From the NCBI GenBank assembly GCA_016700075.1, contig CP065000.1:3124812-3188811 (forward strand): a DNA stretch of 64,000 bases, read 5' to 3'. The translations under genes and the position numbers were made by a program. The DNA is from Acidobacteriota bacterium. Its GTDB lineage: Bacteria > Acidobacteriota > Blastocatellia > Pyrinomonadales > Pyrinomonadaceae. A model generated the notes under the pieces. That model had not been told where the DNA came from. It searched no databases and saw nothing but the letters and a program-made list of their open reading frames with translations. Positions 47,836 to 56,718 of this stretch are shown here, piece after piece. The first letter of the stretch is position 1, and each line of letters begins with the position of its first letter.

Positions 47836-49316
47836 CTTCCAAAGCCGATAGAGACCGCCACCGACAGCACAATGAGACCAACGACGAATAGAAGCAGCTG
47901 CAGCGGCAGCACCCAGCGTGCCCAGTTTGTCCACGGGATGTTCGCAAGCGCCAGGCTGCCCATCAGAACTGGACTCGTCGGGATGATCATATTCGTAAAT
48001 CCGTCGCCCATCTGAAATGCGAGAACGGCGGTCTGCCGTGTTACGCCGACCAGATCTGATAAGGGTGCCATCAGCGGCATGGTCAACGCGGCCTGTCCGC
48101 TGCCCGAAGGCACAAAGAAATTGATGAAGGTCTGTCCGGCGAACATCACCATCGCGGCGGTCGCGGATGTTGTGCCTTCGAGCACGGTGGCCATCGCGTA
48201 GAGAACAGTATCGATCACCTGTCCGTCCTGAAGGACGACAAGAATGCCGCGTGCGAGGCCGATGATAACACCGGTCACTGCGAGTTGGCGGACGCCTTCG
48301 GAAAATGCCGTTGCCGTGCCGTTCGCACCCAAACCGCCTACAATGCCCATCAACAGTCCGACACCGATGAACAGAGCCGAGATCTCGACGATATACCAGC
48401 CTTGTCCGCCTTGCTCCGGCGGCAAAACGCCCCAAACCAGAAGTGCCAGCCCAACGAAAAAGATCGCCAGGACGGTCTTTTGCCGGCCGGTGAAAGTAGT
48501 GTCGTCATTGTCCAGATGGAGTCCCTCGCTGCGTCTTCGCTGATCCGCCTCGAACATGCGGCTGCGTTCAGGGTCTTTTAAAACGCGATGGCCGTACCAC
48601 ATGACGAATGCGATCGCGATCGCCGTGATGACCGCCCAAAGAACGACGCGAAATCCGGCTCCTGAAAACAGCGGTACTCCGGCAATGCCCTGAGCGACGC
48701 CGACGGTGAACGGATTGAAGAACGCCGCCGCGAAGCCTGCCATCGATCCAATTATTGGAATTGCTGCACCTGTGATCGAATCGTAGCCGAGGGCGAGAGC
48801 AAGCGGGACGAAGATGAGGACGAACGGAACTATCTCTTCTGACATGCCGAAAACCGCACCGCCCAGTGAGAATATAGCCATGAAAAGTGGCACCATCAGA
48901 AAACTCAATGACTTTGACCGCCGCGAAGCCTGTACAAGCCGTCGAAGCCCCGCATCGACCGCGCCGGTCTGCTGCAAGATCGAAAACGCACCTCCGACCA
49001 GAAATACGAATGCTATGACCTGGACCACATCCTTGTCCGTAATGCCGAGGATCGGTGCTTTCAGGATCATTCCGGCTGAATGTAACAGCGATGGGATGAA
49101 ACCTTTGTGTTCGAGTTCTACAACCTGATAGGTGCCGGGAATTACGACCTCGCGTTTCCCTACGCCCTGGACGTCCATTTCGGAGCGTTCATACGCACCG
49201 GCCGGAATGATCCATGTCATAACAGCCGCAAAGACAATGATGGCAAAGACGATGAGAGCCGTATCAGGCGACTTGAATCTGGATACAACGGTATTTTCTT
49301 CAGCGGTTTCAGCCAT
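47832..49316 (-). CDS. YfcC/DcuC-type anion or amino-acid carrier family membrane protein
   Basis: 494 aa and polytopic. N-terminal FKSPDTALIVFAIIVFAAVMTWIIPAGAYER resembles YfcC-family proteins. Confidence 0.75.
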   Translation of the reverse strand: MAETAEENTVVSRFKSPDTALIVFAIIVFAAVMTWIIPAGAYERSEMDVQGVGKREVVIPGTYQVVELEHKGFIPSLLHSAGMILKAPILGITDKDVVQVIAFVFLVGGAFSILQQTGAVDAGLRRLVQASRRSKSLSFLMVPLFMAIFSLGGAVFGMSEEIVPFVLIFVPLALALGYDSITGAAIPIIGSMAGFAAAFFNPFTVGVAQGIAGVPLFSGAGFRVVLWAVITAIAIAFVMWYGHRVLKDPERSRMFEADQRRRSEGLHLDNDDTTFTGRQKTVLAIFFVGLALLVWGVLPPEQGGQGWYIVEISALFIGVGLLMGIVGGLGANGTATAFSEGVRQLAVTGVIIGLARGILVVLQDGQVIDTVLYAMATVLEGTTSATAAMVMFAGQTFINFFVPSGSGQAALTMPLMAPLSDLVGVTRQTAVLAFQMGDGFTNMIIPTSPVLMGSLALANIPWTNWARWVLPLQLLLFVVGLIVLSVAVSIGFGS

Positions 49317-49344
49317 AAAAATGAGGTGTCTAAGATTTTAGGCG

Positions 49345-49373
49345 ATAGTAAGCGCCGGGCCGCGCGGTGTCAA
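49345..49373 (-). promoter_or_regulatory. sigma70-type promoter candidate for the carrier gene
   Basis: Minus strand reads TTGACA (49373-49368), 17-nt spacer, TACTAT (49350-49345), about 30 nt upstream of ATG 49316. Confidence 0.5.
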
Positions 49374-49392
49374 GACCACAGTGTTCGATATG

Positions 49393-50313
49393 TTATTTCG
49401 CGATCTTCAGTTTTGGTGCCTCGTTGTCTTTTAGACGTTTCCAAACGATGGTAACGTGTCCGGCATCGTCGACATCGACCACTCGGAACGCGACGATCAT
49501 ATCGCGGCGTTTGTCGAATCCGAGTTCGTCATACTGCACGCCCTCTATCGTCCGCAGGAATTGGCCGCGATAGGCGATAGAACGCAATAGATAAACCGCG
49601 TTCTTCTTCACGGGCCAGCCCTTAGCATACCGAAAACCGTTCGCGTCATAGCCCTTGATCAGCTCTTCGTTAAAACGCATGAAATCATCGCTGTCGCGGA
49701 CGGTCTTCATTTCAACCAAGTGCTTCGCGGTCGGCGAGGAAAGCGTTACGGTGTCCAACTCAACATCGCCGAGTTCCGTCATGATCACCTGTTGAAAGAC
49801 GCCGCCGGTCATGAAAATGCCTTCAACGACGATGATATCCGCCAAACGAGGCAGGCGATAGGTCTCCGTGCGGAATGAGAACGCTGTTCCCGAACCGGGC
49901 ATCTTGAAATTGACGCATTGCTCACTCGCAACGATGACGTCGGCGTCAGTGACGCACGATGATTCGCCGTTAAGCTTGACGATGCCGGTATTCTGGCCTC
50001 GAAGAAATGCGGCATATTTATTGAGATGGACTTCAGAGACAGTGAGAATGGCGGTCTCTTCCTTGCTCGGTTTTCGATAAATACCTTTGTTTGGATCGAG
50101 CAGCGGGTGGTCTTTCAAACTGTTGGGCTGGCCCATCATCTCGATCTTTCGAAGGCGGTCATAGTGCTCGTTGTCTGCCACCGTTGGCGGCAGGTTCGCT
50201 TGACGCGAACCGGGCCGTGGCGTCGGCGTCGGCGTCGGAAAGATCTGAGCCTGTGCAGCAACGGCGCTAGCTAAAACAAAAAGCGTCAGAAACAATGCCC
50301 TGTAACCCAACAT
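49393..50313 (-). CDS. secreted hypothetical protein
   Basis: GGAGG then ATG at 50313. Signal peptide MLGYRALFLTLFVLASAVAAQAQ; no family recognised. Confidence 0.65.
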   Translation of the reverse strand: MLGYRALFLTLFVLASAVAAQAQIFPTPTPTPRPGSRQANLPPTVADNEHYDRLRKIEMMGQPNSLKDHPLLDPNKGIYRKPSKEETAILTVSEVHLNKYAAFLRGQNTGIVKLNGESSCVTDADVIVASEQCVNFKMPGSGTAFSFRTETYRLPRLADIIVVEGIFMTGGVFQQVIMTELGDVELDTVTLSSPTAKHLVEMKTVRDSDDFMRFNEELIKGYDANGFRYAKGWPVKKNAVYLLRSIAYRGQFLRTIEGVQYDELGFDKRRDMIVAFRVVDVDDAGHVTIVWKRLKDNEAPKLKIAK

Positions 50314-50437
50314 CTGTATGCCTCCGAAGATTTTTCTTAGGATACCACCGAACTCGAGATCTGTGATGTTAAATTTGACCGCAGCAAACGCAAATTGATT
50401 CTTCGCGCCAAACAATTCAGAATTGAGACGAACGAAA

Positions 50438-51832
50438 ATGAGCGATATCCCCGAAAAGGTCTTAGCATTATCAGGAGCGGTTCGTGATGTCGGTGGGCGT
50501 GCGATGCTTGTGGGCGGATGCGTGCGGGACGAGCTGATGGGCCTGCCGGCGAAGGACTGGGACCTTGAGGTTTATGGGATCGAGCCGGAACTACTGCGAA
50601 CGATCGTTGCGGAATTCGGCGAAGTGAACGCGGTCGGCGAGGTGTTCGCGGTTTACAAGGTCGGCACCGATCTGGACGTATCGCTGCCGCGTCGTGAGCG
50701 AAAGACCGCACGCGGGCATCGCGGCTTCACAGTTGAAGGCGATCCCGACATGACCTTCGAAGAGGCATGTTCCCGCCGAGATTTTACGATAAACGCTATT
50801 CTTAAAGACCCGCTGACGGGTGAGATAGTCGATCCATTTGACGGCCAGGGCGACATCGATCGGCGCGTTTTGCGTATGGTCTCGCGTGATACGTTCGCCG
50901 AGGACAGTTTGCGCGTGCTGCGTGCGGCACAGTTCGCCGCGAGGTTTCGCTTCGAGGTTGATACGGAAACGGCCCAACTTTGCAAGACCATCGATGTGAC
51001 CGACCTGCCGCGAGAGAGAATATGGGGCGAGCTTGAAAAGCTGCTGCTGCTTGCCAAAGAACCTTCGATCGGTTTGAAACTGCTTTATGACTGGGGCGTG
51101 ATGCGGCAGCTTTTTCCCGAACTGCACGCTCTGGTCGGAGTGCCGCAGGAACCCGACTGGCATCCGGAAGGAGATGTCGATGTGCACACGCTGATGGTCG
51201 TTGACGAGGCTCGCTGCCTGATCGATGATCTGGACCATCCGAGGCAGGTAACGGTGATGCTTGGTGCAGTTTGCCACGATCTCGGAAAACCGCCGACGAC
51301 GGAGTTCGTTGACGGCAGAATTCGGTCACGCGGCCACGACGAAGCCGGCGTCGAGCCGACGATCTCATTTTTGGACAAGCTCGGCATCTTTACGCTTGGC
51401 GGTTTCGACGTCCGCGAGCAGGTCATTCAGCTCGTGCGTTACCACCTTAAACCGGGCGAATATTTCAACGCCGAAAACCGCGGAAATCCGGTCGGCGACG
51501 GAGCATTCCGCCGCCTTGCACGCAAGGTCGAGCCGGACCTGCTTTATCGTGTGGCGAAGGCCGACAGCCTCGGCCGGTATCCTGACGGCGACCGCAGCAA
51601 AATGATATTCGGTTCCGAGGCTCAGGAATGGTTCATCGACAGGGCGCGTTCACTTGAGGTTGAAAAGAAAGCTCCCGAGCCGATATTGATGGGACGGCAT
51701 TTGATAGAACTTGGGTTGTCGCCGGGGCCGGATTTCAAACGTATCCTGGATGCGGTTTACGAGATGCAGCTCGACGGAAAGATCGTGGATCTGGAAGGTG
51801 CGGTTGCCGAGGCTAAGGCTCTTGTGGGGTAA
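50438..51832 (+). CDS. cca: CCA-adding tRNA nucleotidyltransferase with HD domain
   Basis: GGCVRDELMGLPAKDWDLEV, RRDFTINA, and HD region HTLMV...CHDLGKP. Confidence 0.9.
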   Translation: MSDIPEKVLALSGAVRDVGGRAMLVGGCVRDELMGLPAKDWDLEVYGIEPELLRTIVAEFGEVNAVGEVFAVYKVGTDLDVSLPRRERKTARGHRGFTVEGDPDMTFEEACSRRDFTINAILKDPLTGEIVDPFDGQGDIDRRVLRMVSRDTFAEDSLRVLRAAQFAARFRFEVDTETAQLCKTIDVTDLPRERIWGELEKLLLLAKEPSIGLKLLYDWGVMRQLFPELHALVGVPQEPDWHPEGDVDVHTLMVVDEARCLIDDLDHPRQVTVMLGAVCHDLGKPPTTEFVDGRIRSRGHDEAGVEPTISFLDKLGIFTLGGFDVREQVIQLVRYHLKPGEYFNAENRGNPVGDGAFRRLARKVEPDLLYRVAKADSLGRYPDGDRSKMIFGSEAQEWFIDRARSLEVEKKAPEPILMGRHLIELGLSPGPDFKRILDAVYEMQLDGKIVDLEGAVAEAKALVG

Positions 51833-53003
51833 GGCCGACGTGCATTCCTCGCCAGATCGCTATCCACATCGCAACAACGCCAAAGACAAGCGTGAACATT
51901 CCATAGCCTGCAGTTCCCAAGAAAAATGACGGCTCGCCGATGCTAACCGCAAAAAGTAACGACGGAATAAGAAGTGCAACTGCCTGGACTACCGCGGAAA
52001 AAGCGAAAAGTTCAAAGTGATCCGCGCTGAATTTTCTGAAAGCGAGTGCAAGTGATATCGCCGCCACTACGAGCGGAATTATTACGCCTGCGAAAGGCAG
52101 GACACTCTCTGTCATCTTTACCTTTTCTGCCTGAATGATGAACGGCGTGAATGCTGCCGGGTCGTAAAGCCAGAACGGAACGACGAGAGCCGCAAAAACG
52201 ACTGCCGAGATACCGCACAATATCAATGCCCTCTTGACGCCGCTGATCTGAGCGATGGCAGAAAAGATCAGCGGATAAAGGAAAAGAAAATTGGACCGCG
52301 ACGCCATCGCGATTCCAAGAAACACTGCCCATGCTGCTGCCCTCCGCGTTGTCCCGTTCTTAACGGAAGTGATAACCATCCACATCGCGATCAGTACATA
52401 TATCGTGTTTGCGAGATGATCAGAGCCGGTAAGTATGACCTGATAGACGGTTGGGCTAAATACAAGCAGGGTCAAAACGATGCCCAATGCCGGCACGTAG
52501 CTTCTGAGAGCCAGGCCCGCGGCCAGGAACAATGCGGTCAGCCAAAAGATATTTTGAAATTCGATAATGCCCGCGATGACCCACGGGATCGCAAGAAACA
52601 TCGTGCCGGGAAAGGGCGAGAGCATTCCCCCAAGGTATGTCCGCTGATAGTAGGGAAATCGGCCCGCGAGTATCTCATTTGCACCGATGATCATCGCATC
52701 GTCGATGTCGCTGCCGGGACCGAAACGGCCTGAATTAGCCAACTGGTAACCGTAAGCCGCCGCAACAGATACCGTTACTATAATCAAAAGAAAAACGACG
52801 ATGCTTTGGCGGTCATTCAGCCTCGGCAAGAACGCTCGCAGGGCAAATCGGTACGCAAGAAAAACCGCCGCTCCGCCGCCAGTCAGGTAGATGAACGTTC
52901 CGGCAAGCCCGCCGTATTTTGTGACAGTGTCGAGGGATGTGAGAAGCAAACAGGCGGCAGCCGCGATAAGTAGAAGCGAACTGCCGCCTGAATTACGGTC
53001 CAT
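51813..53003 (-). CDS. polytopic integral membrane protein (possibly GT-C-like glycosyltransferase; function uncertain)
   Basis: 396 aa with about 11 hydrophobic helices and an Asp-rich first loop (GSDIDDAMI). Its 3' end overlaps cca by 20 nt, convergently. Confidence 0.6.
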   Translation of the reverse strand: MDRNSGGSSLLLIAAAACLLLTSLDTVTKYGGLAGTFIYLTGGGAAVFLAYRFALRAFLPRLNDRQSIVVFLLIIVTVSVAAAYGYQLANSGRFGPGSDIDDAMIIGANEILAGRFPYYQRTYLGGMLSPFPGTMFLAIPWVIAGIIEFQNIFWLTALFLAAGLALRSYVPALGIVLTLLVFSPTVYQVILTGSDHLANTIYVLIAMWMVITSVKNGTTRRAAAWAVFLGIAMASRSNFLFLYPLIFSAIAQISGVKRALILCGISAVVFAALVVPFWLYDPAAFTPFIIQAEKVKMTESVLPFAGVIIPLVVAAISLALAFRKFSADHFELFAFSAVVQAVALLIPSLLFAVSIGEPSFFLGTAGYGMFTLVFGVVAMWIAIWRGMHVGLTPQEP

Positions 53004-53023
53004 ATTTCATCACAAGCCGAAGA

Positions 53024-54751
53024 TCATTTGCCTTCGAGAAACGCCTTTAGCCGACGCGAACGCGAAGGGTGACGAAGTTTGCGAAGAGCTTTCGCCTCGA
53101 TCTGGCGAATACGTTCGCGGGTGACTGCGAAATGCTGTCCCACTTCTTCAAGCGTGTGTTCTGAGCCGGTGTTTCCCAGGCCGAAGCGCATTTTGATGAC
53201 CTTTTCCTCGCGGGGCGTCAGCGTTGCGAGCACCTCGTCGGTGATCTCTCGCAGATTGGTGAACGTGACGGATTCGGCTGGATTCAGGATAGAGCGATCC
53301 TCAATAAAATCACCGAGATGCGAATCTTCCTCTTCACCTATGGGCGTTTCGAGCGAAATCGGCTCTTGGGCGATCTTGAGAACTTTTCGCACCTTCGAGA
53401 CCGGTATCTCCATGCGTTTTGCGATCTCTTCGCTGGACGGCTCGCGGCCGAGCTCCTGCACCAGCAGACGCGACGTGCGGATGAGCTTGTTGATGGTCTC
53501 GATCATGTGCACCGGAATGCGGATCGTACGCGCCTGATCGGCGATGGCACGCGTGATAGCCTGGCGGATCCACCACGTGGCGTAGGTCGAGAATTTGTAG
53601 CCGCGGCGCCATTCGAATTTATCGACGGCTTTCATCAGGCCGATGTTGCCCTCTTGAATCAGGTCGAGGAACTGCAGGCCGCGGTTCGTGTATTTCTTGG
53701 CAATCGAAACGACGAGACGCAAGTTGGCCTCGACAAGCTCGCGTTTGGCGATATTTGTCTCAGAAACACTGGTCACGATGGTCTGATATGACCGCTTGAT
53801 GTCGTATGCCGGCAGCCGGTACTTCTCTTCTATGCCGGCCAGGATGGCCTTGTTCTCGCGAACCTTGGCGTTCAGTTCCTTTTTTACGTTCGCTGCCGGC
53901 TTCTTATCCAGTTTGGTCTTTGCTCTGGCGATCGCTTTTTCCGCTGCGACGATCTCGTCATTGATTTTCTTGATGGCGAGAATGAGTTTTTGACGCGAAT
54001 TATCAGTAAGGTTCAGGCCCTTGATCTCGTTCTGAATGTTGACGCGAAGCCGGCCGACCTTGCGGCGAAGTGTCAGCAGGCGTTTGCCGCCCTTTTTTGC
54101 ACCGAGCTTGGCTTGTTCGGCGATCAATGCGTTCCACGCCTTGTTCAATGCAGCAAAATCCTGGCGGATATTCTCAATTCCCTCGATGGTCCAGCGAAGG
54201 TATTCTTCTGCTTTGTCTTCTTCGAGGGAAATTTCCGCCTGTTCGGCGAACACGACCGTCTCGCGGATGCTCATTTTTCCTTGAGCAAGGTCGTCAGGAA
54301 ATTCAAGCAGCCTTTCAATTGCGATGGGCGAACGGCCGATCGCTTTGTGAGTTTTTACCTGGCCGCGTTCGATACGTTTTGCGATCGACACCTCGCCTTC
54401 GCGATTCAGAAGGGGAACAACGCCCATTTCCCGAAGATAAAGGCGAACGGGATCGTTCGATTTGTCGAGGACGCCGGCCGAAAGGTCGAGATCCAGATCC
54501 TCTTCCTCGGCCTCCTCTTCTTCGTCCCCTCCGATGGTCAATTCTGCTGCTCTTTCTAACAGTTGGGCGTCGGTTTCGACGACACTGATATTTTCACTTT
54601 CCAGACGCTCGAGAACATCCTCAAGTTCGTCCGCGGAAAGCATATTCGCGGGCAGCTCGCGATGAAGTTCATCGAGACTGAGCCCCTTTTTCCTTCTGCC
54701 GAGTGTGATCACCCGGTCAATTAGATCTTGTCTTTCGTCGTAATCAGGCAT
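53024..54751 (-). CDS. rpoD: primary RNA polymerase sigma factor (sigma70)
   Basis: [93 protein letters not shown]. Confidence 0.97.
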   Translation of the reverse strand: MPDYDERQDLIDRVITLGRRKKGLSLDELHRELPANMLSADELEDVLERLESENISVVETDAQLLERAAELTIGGDEEEEAEEEDLDLDLSAGVLDKSNDPVRLYLREMGVVPLLNREGEVSIAKRIERGQVKTHKAIGRSPIAIERLLEFPDDLAQGKMSIRETVVFAEQAEISLEEDKAEEYLRWTIEGIENIRQDFAALNKAWNALIAEQAKLGAKKGGKRLLTLRRKVGRLRVNIQNEIKGLNLTDNSRQKLILAIKKINDEIVAAEKAIARAKTKLDKKPAANVKKELNAKVRENKAILAGIEEKYRLPAYDIKRSYQTIVTSVSETNIAKRELVEANLRLVVSIAKKYTNRGLQFLDLIQEGNIGLMKAVDKFEWRRGYKFSTYATWWIRQAITRAIADQARTIRIPVHMIETINKLIRTSRLLVQELGREPSSEEIAKRMEIPVSKVRKVLKIAQEPISLETPIGEEEDSHLGDFIEDRSILNPAESVTFTNLREITDEVLATLTPREEKVIKMRFGLGNTGSEHTLEEVGQHFAVTRERIRQIEAKALRKLRHPSRSRRLKAFLEGK

Positions 54752-54872
54752 ATCCGATAGGCTTTTTTGATAAGTTCACGCCGCATAAACCGCTGGCGGC
54801 GAATGAGATATAACGTCATTCGCGGCAAAATGGTTTCATGTCGGTCGCGCCGAAATCAAACCGAGAATTATA

Positions 54873-56717
54873 TCACAAAGATGCAGTGTGGTGGTGAAGC
54901 GAACGCCGCAATTTCTCCAGTTCGAATTTTTCTTCGATCAGCGTGGCGACAAGTGCCGTATCGCCGGTCTGCTCCGCAATTGCAGTTTGCCGCGTTATCT
55001 CCCAAATTCGGTTGTTTATCGCCATATCACGAAGTCCGCGGAGGCATTCCTCAGCCCGGCGAAGCACTGAGCCGGGATCGTCGCCGTTCGCGGCCGCGGC
55101 AAATATGCTTTTTATCCGTTCAACGTCCCGTTCGTTCCACTCCGCGATGCTCAATATTGAATCACAGGTAAGATCGCTCCCTGATTCATGCTGAGATATA
55201 AAGGCCTCAAAAATATGCGAATTCGCGAGCCTCTCGAAATCGCTCGGCTCAAGCTGAGGCAATATGACCTCGCGGGCGTTACTATCGGTTGCGAGAAACC
55301 GCAGCAGATCGCGTTCGACAATGGTCTCTTTCAGTCCTGAAGTGCGGACGACATGATCCTTTGCTGCAGGCGTCATTGCCTGGTTCCCGCGGTGAATGGT
55401 CGTCCACAATTCACGCCGCACGCCGGTATCTTCGATGCCAAAATGATCCATCGCCTGATCAAAGGTCGCGCTTCGGCGGACGGTATTTCGAATAGGCGTG
55501 ATGACGGGCAAAATCTCTTCAACAGCTTCAGCCTTTTGTTTTGCGTCGTTGAGGTCGCGGCCCTTTGACACGGCATCGAGGCAAAAACGCAGGAACGGCA
55601 AAGCCTTGCCGCGAAGCTCTGAATAACGTTCGGGGCCGTGTTCGCGGACGTAATCATCGGGGTCTTTGCCGTCGGGCAGGACAAGGACCTTGATGTCGAA
55701 ATTTTGCGGCAGCAGATGTTCGACCGCTCTGCGAGCGGCCTTGATGCCGGCGTCGTCGCCGTCGTAATTGATAACTACGCGTTCTGTGAATCGGTGGAGC
55801 AACTTCGCCTGCGAATCGGTAAAAGCCGTGCCGAGGCTCGCGGCGACATTTGTTACGCCGTGCTGAAACAGAGCGATCAGGTCGAGATAGCCTTCCACGA
55901 GAATGACGAAACGCTTCTTTCGGATAGCGTCCTTTGCCTGGAAAAGCCCGTAAAGGTGGTCGCCTTTTGTATATGCGGGAGTTTCGGGTGAATTAAGGTA
56001 TTTCGGCTGATCCTCGGGCGTCAATCCTCTGGCTCCGAATGCCACAGGGCGGCCTTCGATATCAAGAACAGGGAACATTATACGTCCACGGAAACGGTCG
56101 TAAGTCCTCTCTTTCTCTTCATTTACGGAAACAAGACCGCTCTGTGCGATAAGCTTTTCGTCAGCACCGAAATCACGCAAAACCGACAACAGAGCATCCC
56201 ACGAGTCGGGCGAGAAGCCTATGCGAAACTGCTTCTGAATGTCTTCGGGAATGCCCCGCTTTTCGAGATATTCGCGGGCAGCCTTCGCTTTGGCGCTTTT
56301 GCCGTGCAGTTCCTTTTCCCAGAATTCCAGTGCGACCTGATTGAGTTCGATGACCTGTTCGGCAAGCATCTTCTTCTCATCGCGTTTCTTTTTGTTGCGT
56401 TTGTAGGTCTCGTCATCGATCGGCTCGGGCAGCATGTATCCGCTGATGTCGGCGACCCGCTTTATCGCCTCAGGAAAAGAGATGTTCTCCATTTCCATCA
56501 GAAAATTGAATGCCGTGCCGCCTTTATCGCACCCAAAGCACTTATAAAAACCTTTTGCGGGATTGACCGAGAAAGACGGAGTCTTTTCCTGATGAAACGG
56601 ACAGCAGGCCATCCAGTTCGCCCCTTTCTTTTTCAGATCCGGGACGTATTGCTGAACGATCCGCACCAGATCGGCACGGTTCTTCAGATCATCGATGACG
56701 TGCTGCGGGTAGAGCAT
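54873..56717 (-). CDS. dnaG: DNA primase
   Basis: CHC2 zinc finger CCPFHQEKTPSFSVNPAKGFYKCFGCDKGG and TOPRIM (ILVEGYLD). ATG at 56717 lies 1 nt after the mutS2 stop. Confidence 0.95.
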   Translation of the reverse strand: MLYPQHVIDDLKNRADLVRIVQQYVPDLKKKGANWMACCPFHQEKTPSFSVNPAKGFYKCFGCDKGGTAFNFLMEMENISFPEAIKRVADISGYMLPEPIDDETYKRNKKKRDEKKMLAEQVIELNQVALEFWEKELHGKSAKAKAAREYLEKRGIPEDIQKQFRIGFSPDSWDALLSVLRDFGADEKLIAQSGLVSVNEEKERTYDRFRGRIMFPVLDIEGRPVAFGARGLTPEDQPKYLNSPETPAYTKGDHLYGLFQAKDAIRKKRFVILVEGYLDLIALFQHGVTNVAASLGTAFTDSQAKLLHRFTERVVINYDGDDAGIKAARRAVEHLLPQNFDIKVLVLPDGKDPDDYVREHGPERYSELRGKALPFLRFCLDAVSKGRDLNDAKQKAEAVEEILPVITPIRNTVRRSATFDQAMDHFGIEDTGVRRELWTTIHRGNQAMTPAAKDHVVRTSGLKETIVERDLLRFLATDSNAREVILPQLEPSDFERLANSHIFEAFISQHESGSDLTCDSILSIAEWNERDVERIKSIFAAAANGDDPGSVLRRAEECLRGLRDMAINNRIWEITRQTAIAEQTGDTALVATLIEEKFELEKLRRSLHHHTASL

Positions 56718-56718
56718 T